Position numbers and translations under genes: made by a program
NCBI GenBank assembly: GCA_020891255.1
Contig: BQFW01000002.1
Location: 2,852,001 to 2,916,000 of the forward strand
Source: Entomortierella parvispora E1425
Taxonomy: Eukaryota > Fungi > Mortierellomycota
DNA: 64,000 nt
Direction: 5' to 3'
Shown: in pieces, positions 49,290 to 64,000 of the stretch
How the letters are laid out: each line of letters opens with the position of its first letter
Position numbering within the stretch: the first letter of the stretch is position 1
The notes under the pieces: model-generated
The model's input: the letters and a program-made list of their open reading frames with translations, nothing else
Told to the model about the DNA's origin: nothing
Database searches by the model: none

Positions 49290-49454
49290 TGAAATGTTTT
49301 GGTACTCACAAGAAGTAATTGGGACAAAGAGAAGGATCTGAACTGACCCCTCTGTCTCGATCCTATAAGGACGAGCCAGAGTGGCTTAGCACGGCTCCTG
49401 TCATCTTGCTTTATTGTGCTATCTGACATGCCCGCTTGACCCAAATATACCACA
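49290..49454 (-). repeat. 5' LTR
   Basis: Matches 41798-41962; followed in element sense by T7 rather than a TGG-type tRNA primer site. Confidence 0.95.
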
Positions 49455-49459
49455 ACAAC

Positions 49460-50390
49460 GGCTCCAAGCCGAGAAGCTTGTTTACAAGCAACTCGGACTG
49501 CACGAAACGGGCACACAGGGTAAAGAAACTGCATGGCATGTTGCCTACGCAAAAGTACATGCACAACTGGAGACCGGACCTATATGAGGATGACTACTGC
49601 CGAGTCTGTGAATCCAATGTGGAGGACACAAATCACATATGGAGGTGCCCAGAAACGCTGACGAGTCAATGCGAAGGTTGGGAAGAGACAATGGAGTTGG
49701 TGACCAGCCTTGAAAAAAAACTGTGGGAGCGAGCAAAGGAAAGCTGGGAGAGCGAGAAGAAGAAAGCAGAGGAAGAAGGCAAGGAATTCAAGAAGAAGGA
49801 ACCGACGTTTTCGAACGAGACTACGGACAGCTTTTGGACGATGCTGATGGATTATTTCCGAGGAGCAAGAAACATCAAGGAACAAAACCTACTGGATGAC
49901 GATATGGAAAGAGAGGAAGTGGTCGATCTCGGATCACTCGGATGGCGACCATGGACGGTCATCGACGCCTACCACGGATTGGCGCCACTTTTCCTGAAAG
50001 ACAAGTTCCAGACACTGTTCTACACGACCCAAGAGATCGCGAGCATCATGGCGGACAGGTTTATCAAAGGCATCGAGGACTACGGCCGAACAGGGATTTG
50101 GAATCCACGTTGCAAAAAAGACTGTGGACTGGGAGAAGTCTATCGGAGTTACTGGTGTGAGCAAACGTACCAGGCCTGAGGAACCGGGTACCCGTGCTGG
50201 CGGACACGGAGGTAGCAACAGTAACTTTGGTAACTTTAACCGGGACAGGTTTGATGTGACAAGGATGAAGAGACTCCACAAGGCTGCGGACAAAGATGTC
50301 TTAGATGAATACCAAGGAAAGGGCGTGTTGAACGTCATGGAAAGAACAGGGGGAGTGAAGTACTTCTTGGAAAAGGATCTCGGAAACTAG
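49460..50390 (+). CDS. LINE ORF2, C-terminal part (Zn-binding CCHC), with one +1 frame break in an A-run near 50115
   Basis: Removing the Gypsy element and one TSD copy rejoins ...TTIAIVHN to GSKPRSLFT... in frame. CRVCESNVEDTNHIWRC motif. The frame switches from RCKK-DCG to RCKK-TVDWEKSIG and ends at TAG 50390. Confidence 0.85.
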
Positions 50391-50640
50391 TGACGAACGA
50401 GCATGAAAGGCCACAGAGGGGACTGGACCTGGCCTTGCTGTAGCAAGCCAGAAGCTCCCGCCCTTTGGTCGCGGTGTTACGAAACCAGGGTGCATGGGCC
50501 GTCATAGACGGGTTGTGCAATGCAAAAGCATTTTATTTAGTCCGTTTCCCTTGGGTGGAGCAGGCGCACCTGCGTATGTGTACTTACAATTAACAGACAA
50601 TAAACCCCGTACCTGCGAGGGACCCTTTGACAAGAAAAAA

Positions 50641-50661
50641 AGCAACCTTCTTGATGTTCGA
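50641..50661 (+). repeat. Right target-site duplication of the LINE
   Basis: Identical to 34748-34768. Confidence 0.92.
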
Positions 50662-51459
50662 ACGAATCGGTTCCCGTCTTGGCTCAAAATCCCCCGTAAC
50701 TTTGCTAGATTACACGCCTGACAACGGACCATTCGGCTCCCTTGCATTGTCCTTTTGTCGTTTCTTTCTTCCTTCCTTTCCTTTTTTTCGTTTCTTGGGT
50801 TGTTAACGACTTTGCCTCCGTCAGGTCATGTCAACGGCACTCTTCCGATTCGTCTTTTCTTCTTTTTAGTACCCTTTTTAAGTTAGTAGTTGCCTAGGTC
50901 CCGACCTGGATGACCTATGGACCTCAATTAGTATAAATATGTAGCCTCAGTATCTTTTTAACAACAGATTGACCTCGAACAACATAAGCCTGCCCACTTC
51001 CGCTGATTTGCGCACTCGCCCATTCGTTTGACCCACATCTCACCCCCTTCACTACCCTCCTTCCCTCCTTCCCTACCCTTTCATCTATTTTGTTAGTTGT
51101 TTGATCTGTCGGCGCGCGACCAGAGTCTGACCTATAGCCGCTCTCGCCCAGATTATCTTGTAACAGAACTTTGGCTTTCCGAATCCCTTCCGGACCAGAG
51201 AGCCTTTCACTCAATCACGTGACTAATATTTCTTAAGGGGCTTTGAGTCTGTCGATAAAAAATGTCGGTTGAAAAAAGTGTTTTTGGTGCGAACTGACGA
51301 TGATCCCGTTGTTTTTGTTTGAGTACAAACCAAGTTTAATGAGAATTGCTAAAAGAAAAGAGAAGAAAGTACAGAGCTGGAGGATTTGAGGATGGTAGAG
51401 GTTGATTGCAAATTGCAAAGGAGAGAAGAGAGGAAAAGAAAAACTTCAAATTTCACCTA

Positions 51460-52764
51460 TTAATGGCGAGCATCATAGGCAGCCTTCTCGACCTTGTATG
51501 CCTCCTGGGCCACCTTGAACTGTCCCGTCAGGCGAGTCTTCTCCTGTTCAGGGACCTCCTTCCAAGCATTGGCAAAAGCCTTGGCCTGCTCCTTGACTGG
51601 CAAGTGCGCAAACTTGCCAGCTGCGCGTTGCTCGTTGGCATAGAGGAAGTAAGAGGACAGGGGGCGCTTGGGTGCGTTGGGGTCCTTGAGCGAGGGCAAA
51701 CCTTTCTTGCCCAAGGCCCTCAAGGCCTGGCGACGCGAGTTCTCCAGCTTGAATTCAGCGGGGGTCAACTCCTGGAGACGGGCACTGATGTTTTTCTCGT
51801 AAGCCTGACGTTCAGCCCTGTACCTATCCGTGTACACCTAGAGGGGGTTTTTTTGGGATGGGGTCAGTATTACGTTCTTATGAAAAAAAAAGACAGTTGG
51901 ATTAACCAATTTTACCTTCTTCTCGGCGTCGCTCATGCTCTTCCAAATACCAGAGGCGACGACGCCCTCGGCAGTGGGGACAACCTTCTTGCCAGAGTTG
52001 CGGACCTTCTCCATATGCTCGACAAAGAACAAGCTCCAGGATGTGCTAGGGCGCTTGGGAAGATCAATAACAGGGGCTGTGACAGCAAGGGGTTAGATCC
52101 TGAGGAAAACAAAACAAACCCCACCATAGTCTCCACTTTGACCACAGTGGCCTCAGTCCTAAATCCATGAATGGGCCATTGATTCTTTTCTTCCAGTGGG
52201 AATCAATCATTCGTCATAGTTTGATCGCGCGCCAAAAGCAAGAAAAAATTCTTCCAGAAACAGACTTTCATCTCGAGAAATGACGCGTTCCTTTCCTGTC
52301 CTGCCCCTCTTTCCTCGCCGACATTGCGCGACTGTTGTTCCATGTTGTCAGTGTTGAAAAGAGATTCCCAAGTGCTGGGTGGTGGCAGACAGTCCTCGCC
52401 CTATTCACATGTGAATCTTGATGTCCCAAAACAAATTCACCCCAAAGATTCTGGCCGAATGCTAAAAACTCATTCCTGCGATTGACTCCTGAAACTTGAT
52501 CTTGGACATGTTATACAGAAAAAATGGTGAGAGGATACACATACTTCTCTGTGGCTTTGGCTTCACTGCGGGAACAGCCTTCTTGGCTTTCGCGGGGGCC
52601 TTGGCCTTGACGGTCTTCTTGGGCGCCTTTGCAGTTTCGGTCTTTTTTGCCTTGGGCTTGGTGGTGGCGGAGGCAGCAGTAGCCTTGACCGCCATGGAAC
52701 GGATAGGCTGCTGAGCAGCGAAAGGGCGAGCCTGGGTAAGGACTGAGCGGAAAGCAGCGAGCAT
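51460..52764 (-). CDS. Two-HMG-box protein with mitochondrial presequence-like N-terminus (Abf2/TFAM-like), three exons
   Basis: MLAAFRSVLTQARPF presequence and a Lys/Ala-rich linker. HMG box 1 PKRPSTSWSLFF...WKSMSDAEKK; HMG box 2 DPNAPKRPLSSYFLY...WKEVPEQEK. Confidence 0.85.
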
Positions 52765-53464
52765 TGAAATGACGATGTGTGGAGGGTGAAAAAAGATGGA
52801 TGATGAAAAAGAAAGTGAAAAAAAAAAAAAGTGAGGGAAAGAGGAAATATTTTGGATGGTGGGCACGGGAACCAAAATTTCCGCGTTTTCGGAGACTGAC
52901 GCGATTGTCTGTCATCACGGCATGGATGTCTTTTTAAAAAGGACGGCCAAGGAGTCTCATGTTTTGTTCTTTGTTCCGGTACTTGTTGATCAAGGATCGG
53001 AAGGATCGAAGATGATTTCCTGCCTGGGATCAAACAATGTTTAAAATGAACCTTGGATCAAAGGAAACTCGCAACGACTTGTCCAAGGACGTGTCATGAA
53101 AGAGATTGTTGCACAGGGGCTGTTGGAGAGTCGGACACAGTTTGGAAGGGATGCTCCCTCCAAGCCACAAACTGCTGCTTATCCAACTAGACCCTGCCCT
53201 ATTTGAGTCTTCGTCTTCCTCCATGCAGTCATGTCCAGCAAATGGGCCCAATCCTTTCTTTAATGTAAAAAACAGTGCCCAAGGTTACGGACACAACGGG
53301 AGTTTTGACATGAACCTTGTGATATTGTTACTGGTCAGGAAACCTCGGGAAACAAACGAATCGGTAAAAAAAATAGGCGTTTGGTTTTTAATTGACGGAA
53401 AGCAAGAATAAGACCGGCTTGGTGCCGTAGCAAGTTCCCCAATAGTAGAGGTAGTATTCAGCAT

Positions 53465-55808
53465 CTAAAACAATCCAATACTGCTCGATCTTCCTCCAAC
53501 ATTGTGCAATGGAGACGCGTGAATCTCGACTCCGTCAAACCGGCAGCTGACACGCCATTCGTACCAGACCTTCCGCGTGTCTGTCAACCGCCAAAAGTCG
53601 AGGACAACTGTTGAGTTGGGAGGGATATAGACAGGTGTCCTGACAGGGAAGAAGATTGGGAACCAACTGAACATGCCTGGGGAGTGTGTCGAAGGGTTGA
53701 TGCCTAATAAATTAAAAGAGAAGATTATTATGGTCAGTTCACTAGAAATTTAGTATGATGAATGTCGATAGGGTTTACAACTTACTCAACATGACGTCCT
53801 TGTAGAGTACGGATTCAAAATAGCCCGCAACACCATGAAGCATGCCTCCTTTTTCAGAGACAAATTCGATCGACCCTGTTCTGATATTGTGGTGGTTGCT
53901 AAGTGGATCTTCAATTGGCAACAAGGAAGAAGTGTCAGTAACAGGAAATCAATTGAAAAAAAAAAAAAAAAAAAAAAATAGTTAAAAGCAGTACGAAGGT
54001 CATCCCGGGAAGAATGAATACCTTTGTCTAGCGGTATATCCTGTCTGTTGGGATGCTCAAACACCCAGATGGGCTTTGGCTGCGCAAGGAGCGAGATGGC
54101 CTTGAACATGACCACGTATGATGTCTCCATGTGAGCAAGATCCTTGAAAGCCGACACATCAGCGTGCAATTTGTTCGAGGCCATAGGCGCAACAAAGGCC
54201 GTATAGTTTGCTGGGATCGATATGCCATCGGGTTTCAGAAACTTTTGGGCACCATCCAAACATTCAGGTGAAAGCTCATTGTCTCCAAACGAACCCAAAA
54301 GCTCGCTGACCAGAATATCGGCTTTTTCGGGTGCTTTCCACGTCCTCATATCCGCAAACACAATCGTCACACGATCTCCCCACAGCGACGCCTTCATGTT
54401 TTGTATCCTATGATCCATTGCCAAGGAGTAGCGTTAGTGAACGCGCGGTCTATCAGTTTGTAGCATAATCCTGTCTACTTACGTGACAAAGGCGTTGGGG
54501 TTCTTTTCTACTGCGTAGACCCGCACGTTCCTCTTTGCCCTTTCAGCGGCACGCAGGGAACAATTGACAAGTGGACCACGTCCAGCTCCAACAACCATAA
54601 TAACAGTAATATCCTCTCCTTCCGTAGGGATAGGACGGTCCAACAGAGCCCTTTCGACTGCAAGTTCGTATTGTTGGTACTTGATGGGATCTTTTTCGAA
54701 AGTGGCGTAGGTGCTTGACTCTAGGTTGTCTTGCAGAGGCTGGAGAGGTGCCTGGAGATAATCTTGGTAACCAACTGCAAACTGATCGATCACTCCTGGA
54801 GCATCCTGCGTTCTGTGAAGGTATCGAACATAGTCCGCATAGGGTGAAGACAATCCGCGTTCCAGCGCATCGTCCGAAAATTCGTTCATGACCAACTTTG
54901 GGAGTTGACTCGACGAGATGATGAATGTAGGCTTGTGTTTGATAAATGACCGAACAACTTGCTGGTGTCGTTTACTGAGGACTGGGTACCCCATATTGTT
55001 GGTCAGGAAGATATCCTCTGGCAAGATGATCACCTTCACTGGCTCTGCAAACCATCGATCCAAAACTGCGTCTGAGGGGAGAGATCCTGCAAGCTCTAGC
55101 GCAACACCCAGTTTCGATTCTGGTCCCGCCATGTTCCGGATGCTGTTCCATCTCTCCCAGCTCTTCATACCCTGCATATCCTCGTCTACCATTTGCTCCA
55201 GGGTGTCATCCATACATGGGACTCTGAACCAGCAGGTCGTGTAAGCCAACATAGCCAGTGATCCAGTCAGAACACGACCATAGTTTGACAGTGGCTCAGT
55301 GGATGACGGATAAGGCAGCATGACCCCTCCTAATCCAAGATGAGAGATCCAGTTGAACTGCTGCCTAAGCGCCAGCTCCGAATGAAGTCGAACTTTGGCG
55401 TCTTTAGAATCGAACTCCTGCCAATCTGGTAATGTCCCGACGATATAATCGGCATGGTCTAGTAAAATTCAGCGAAAACTGTTAGAATTGTATATCCAGA
55501 TACCCAAAGGCTGAGGCGCTGAGCTACCTACCTGCAGTCCTAACAACCAGATCCTCGGGCCTAAAGGCTTCCAATCCTGCTCTCCAGGTAGCCAGCTCTA
55601 GGCTTTGGGGGCCATGGTCCTTGAAGAGGACTCGTTCGTACTCGGGACTGTTAAGAGGCGAGACCACAAAGTCGAACCCTTTTGTTTGGCCAAAGGCGAC
55701 CAGCTGGGCGAGATTCTCGGCGATGATGCGATCAGCAGGGGGCATGAACCCAATCTGAACGTGCTCCATGGACATGTTGGTTTGAATGGTCTTGAATGAG
55801 ATTGCCAT
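53465..55808 (-). CDS. PRMT5: Protein arginine N-methyltransferase 5 (PRMT5 / Skb1 / Hsl7), multi-exon; a further 5' exon is possible
   Basis: [89 protein letters not shown] and VWYEW. Confidence 0.93.
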
Positions 55809-57704
55809 GGAAGAGTCGAGCGACTGCAGGGGGGAAAAGGAGAGAAAGTAAGTGGCACAGCGATTTGTTGGGTGGCTTAGCATCTGTGCCTGTGCTGTCC
55901 TGCTCCTGCTGTTCCTGGCTGAGTTGCAGGGTCTCTTCACAAACACGACCCTTGAGGTCCCATCGATCGATTCACCCCCCTCTTCGCCCTCGCCTTCGCC
56001 AGTTCGGGACGACAATCTATGTGAACCTCAGTCAGTTTTCTCTATCCTGTCGCATGACAAGAATAGCTCCCAGTTGGAAGATCATGACTCCTCTCGCTCA
56101 ACGCACCCAGCTTCCTTTCTCTCTCTCTTTTCCCTTTGCCCCTTGATTGCCTGGTTCATCGTGGACCGTTGCCGCAATCAAGAGGTGCCCCGTCCACACT
56201 GGTGGCCGCATGTCGAACTCAAGCAGTAACAAAAAATTGCCATTCTGCCAAGGCACCGCTTCCATCCCATTCCTCCGTTGATCTATCCCTCAAACCAAAC
56301 GGATCCCCTTGATCTTTTTGATTTCTAACCCCTTGAATATGCACGTACATGCGGTTCCTATGTCGGCGCCTTTGATGGATGCTTCTCCACTTGCGCCGCC
56401 CCTATCGGCAAACCACCAACCTGCTGATCTCAAGCATTATTTTCTAATCCGTGGAGGTTTGTAACGCGCCTCCTTGCACGACGATGCCAGGGTCAGATGG
56501 AAGGTAATGCGATATATAACAGGCACCGGTGCCCGCATGTTCCGCGCTGCAAAAATCCAAGAATCCAGTCCATCCTGATACGCGTTCGAAAGAGTGTAAG
56601 TATGTCCGATCCATCAGTGGTTGTTTGTTTGCATCTCCAGGGAGAAGAAGGGGTGATGGAGAGAGATGATGTTGGCGCGTGCTGCAGGCAGGCAACTGAG
56701 CCCTTATTTTCTGCATTTTCCGTACCATCCTCCCGCCAAGCTGGTGTGCCACCATGTTCGAAACAATCTACATCATCACGCTGTTTCTTTTCCCGCGCTC
56801 TTTACCAACAGCCCCAGTCAGTCGCACCATGTCCCATCCCTCACATCACCAGTTGTCTTTTTTGGAGAGATAGAAACCTTTAAAAAAAATCGCGCTCGCT
56901 TTGGAAAACGTGAGGCTGCAGACAAATTGAATGGATGGCGGTGGAGAGGGTGGTGGTGGTGGTGGTTGTGGCGGTGGTGACCCTTTGTTCTCTTTGCAAA
57001 GATGTCTTCAGGGCAGTAACCCTCCTTCGGCTATCCCCTCCCGAGGCTGCCAACCGCATTGAGGACAAGGTGCACATCCACACGCTCGCCCACACAGACA
57101 AGTCCGTCCACATCCTCCCTCTTCGTCTCCACAGTCATTTCGTCCCATTGGAATGGATCACCTTACGTCTCCTTCTCCTCACCCTTGCTCCCCTCTCGTG
57201 CGCGCCTTGTTTTCCCTCGCTTTTTTTTTTTGAAAATAGCGGAAAGCACTAATGACCAAAGGTGTTTTTGAGTGCAGTGCACGACAAACAACTCGTCCTT
57301 GTTTGAAGGTGCGGACAGACGAGCGAGTACGTGAAATAGTACCCCAATGCTCCAAGGCTCCCTCCATCTCTTTATTCTCGTCTGGCTGTTCTCTTGTCTT
57401 TCCCTTAATCTTTCTTTTTCTTTCTTCCGTCCTCCCGATCCATCTCCATCTACTCCACCTCCTTTGCCCTCCTTGCTTTTTTGTTTTATGTTCATGATCC
57501 CCTCTTGCTCCTCCTGCTCCTCCTGTTCTCAACGACGATCCCGTCATCCATCTCACCACCTTCTGTCTTGATAGCCACGCACTTCCCTATCCTCGTCACC
57601 GGCAAGCCCATCACCGACTTTGCTCCACCTCACTCTTTTCTCTCCTTTTTGTATCCCACCGCCTCCATACAGTCACTCCTCTTGTCTTTCGATTCCCTAC
57701 TATA

Positions 57705-62808
<5,104 letters not shown>

Positions 62809-63080
62809 ATAGTCCAATAAGATAATATCCCCTCGACTTCTATATTAATTTATATTATCTTTCAACATCGACAACATGTCCATCCTACAGGCAATCAAGC
62901 TAGCGTGAGGGGCAAGAAGGTGTACATCACTCATGTGTTGATATTTCTCTGTTTATTCTCACTGTGGGGAACGACTGGGTGTCTCTTCACATCCCCACTA
63001 TACAAATAGACACGATGGTCAATTTGGCACAATATTTGAAGGCTGATTGGTCTCTGTTCTCGCAATTCGAATGTGCGGCA

Positions 63081-64000
63081 CTAATGATTCATGGTTTCTG
63101 GCCAAGGCATATGATCAAGCATTTCCTCCAGTTCTTTTGCCTCCCGCTCCAAAACCTTTCTGTTTCTTGTGAACTCCGAGAGCCCAAGGTCAATGAAAAA
63201 GAACCGAGAGTCTTCACCATCACGATTCACTACAATGCGTATCGGTTGAATGTCTCCATGCAGAATACCTTTATCATGGATGGCTGAAAGAGCTTTTCGG
63301 ATCTTGTCTCGATCCGAGGCATCCAATCGATCGTTCTCCAGGCGGTTTCCCATATATTCGGTTACCAGAATCATCTCCATGCCATTCAAGGTTCCGGTCA
63401 TTTGCATCCGAGGAATATAGCGCCCTTGTAGCCTCTTCAAAAGATGATAAGCCTTCTCTTCAGTCTCCAGCTCCTGAACACCGGTAGGCTCGTTCCACAC
63501 GTCCGCTCTCTTGACCATCACATCCATGCCTTTCCATGTAGCCCGGTGTGTACGGACCCCTTCTTCACCTATTGAGAACAGCTTCATGTTTCTGAAAACT
63601 GGGATGTTGATATACTCATACTCTACGTCCTCTCTCCATCTCCATTGCATCCTCCCGATTCGTTGCCGCGTCGTAGCGTCCTGTCCAATCCCATATCTGG
63701 TGAATATCATTACGAGCAAATCGGTTAGTTTTGTTCGAACTTCAAGAGTGAAAGAGCAAAACCTCGACTGCTTTACCTTGGTGGCCAGAAGCACCTGACC
63801 TCTCGCCTAAGTCTTTTGAAACCCCTGTTGGTTTGTTCCTTTGTGCGCACAAGTCGAGCCGTGCGGATATGAGAAATGTCCATCTTTCCATCCGTCAAAG
63901 CTGCCCTGACGAGCCACCAGTAGCACTGTCGCACCGTAGGCTCGGTACTGTCGTAAGGAATCGTGGTCGAGACCAGTAGCTCGTCGTCGACCTCTCCAGT
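63081..64000 (-). CDS. Atypical protein-kinase-like protein, 5' end outside the window
   Basis: Open frame from the window edge (…LLVSTTIPYDSTEPTVRQCYWWL…), intron 63776-63697, then a minimal kinase fold: VMVK, ELETE, HGDIQPIRI, FIDLGLS. Confidence 0.7.

Larger units (their letters stand above)
41798..49454 (-). mobile_element. Ty3/Gypsy chromovirus-type LTR retrotransposon, 7.66 kb, nested in LINE ORF2
   Basis: Two 165-bp LTRs identical by eye; ACAAC TSD at 41793-41797 and 49455-49459; gag-PR-RT-RH-IN-chromodomain order; PPT next to the 3' LTR. Confidence 0.95.
34769..50640 (+). mobile_element. Full-length non-LTR retrotransposon (LINE; APE-RT-RNase H-CCHC), ~8.2 kb without the nested Gypsy element
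   Basis: 80-bp 5' UTR, ORF1, ORF2, 3' UTR with AATAAA (50599-50604), short A-tail (50635-50641) and a 21-bp TSD. Confidence 0.95.

Noticed and set aside
50924-51214. 96-aa minus-strand ORF between the LINE and the HMG gene
   Set aside because: Short, non-ATG start, no motif.
34668-51241. GCCCTTAA at 34668 and TTAAGGGGC at ~51233, each near a TCACGTGA palindrome, as possible TIRs of a ~680-bp MITE hosting the LINE
   Set aside because: The match is only 8-9 bp, spacing to the palindrome differs, and no flanking TSD is present.
55852-56229. 125-aa plus-strand ORF with a hydrophobic N-terminus upstream of PRMT5
   Set aside because: Starts at GTG, overlaps the PRMT5 5' region and has no recognisable motif; cannot be supported.

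Overview
Intron-containing fungal genomic DNA. The roughly 80-100 nt GT-AG introns and the gene set fit an early-diverging fungus, most likely Mortierellaceae (inference, not checked). Host genes, left to right: a PHIP/BRWD-like WD40-bromodomain protein (5' partial), an Old Yellow Enzyme flavin oxidoreductase, an orphan low-complexity protein, a UPF0658-like membrane protein, a ~2,300-aa multi-exon protein of unknown function, an Ala/Glu/Lys repeat rod protein ending in a CaaX box, CWH43, tRNA-Gly(GCC), a mitochondrial-type two-HMG-box protein, PRMT5 (Skb1/Hsl7) head-to-head with a Gin4/Hsl1/Cdr2-type kinase, and a 5'-partial kinase-like gene. Three mobile-element features stand out. (1) At 3467-8584 (-) is a five-exon, ~1,580-codon Fanzor (eukaryotic TnpB-like RNA-guided nuclease). 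It has an intact D/E/D RuvC triad, a zinc finger, a long N-terminal extension, a hairpin cluster over its 3' end (candidate omegaRNA scaffold) and no adjacent transposase. (2) At 34769-50640 (+) is a full-length RNase H-containing LINE with a 21-bp TSD, inserted head-to-head ~130-150 bp upstream of the tRNA gene. (3) Nested in that LINE's ORF2, at 41798-49454 (-), is a chromodomain Ty3/Gypsy element with identical 165-bp LTRs and a 5-bp TSD. It has no tRNA primer site (oligo-T plus a U5-leader stem instead), a candidate -1 frameshift signal and an extra antisense ORF. All coordinates and exon models were read by eye; no searches were run.
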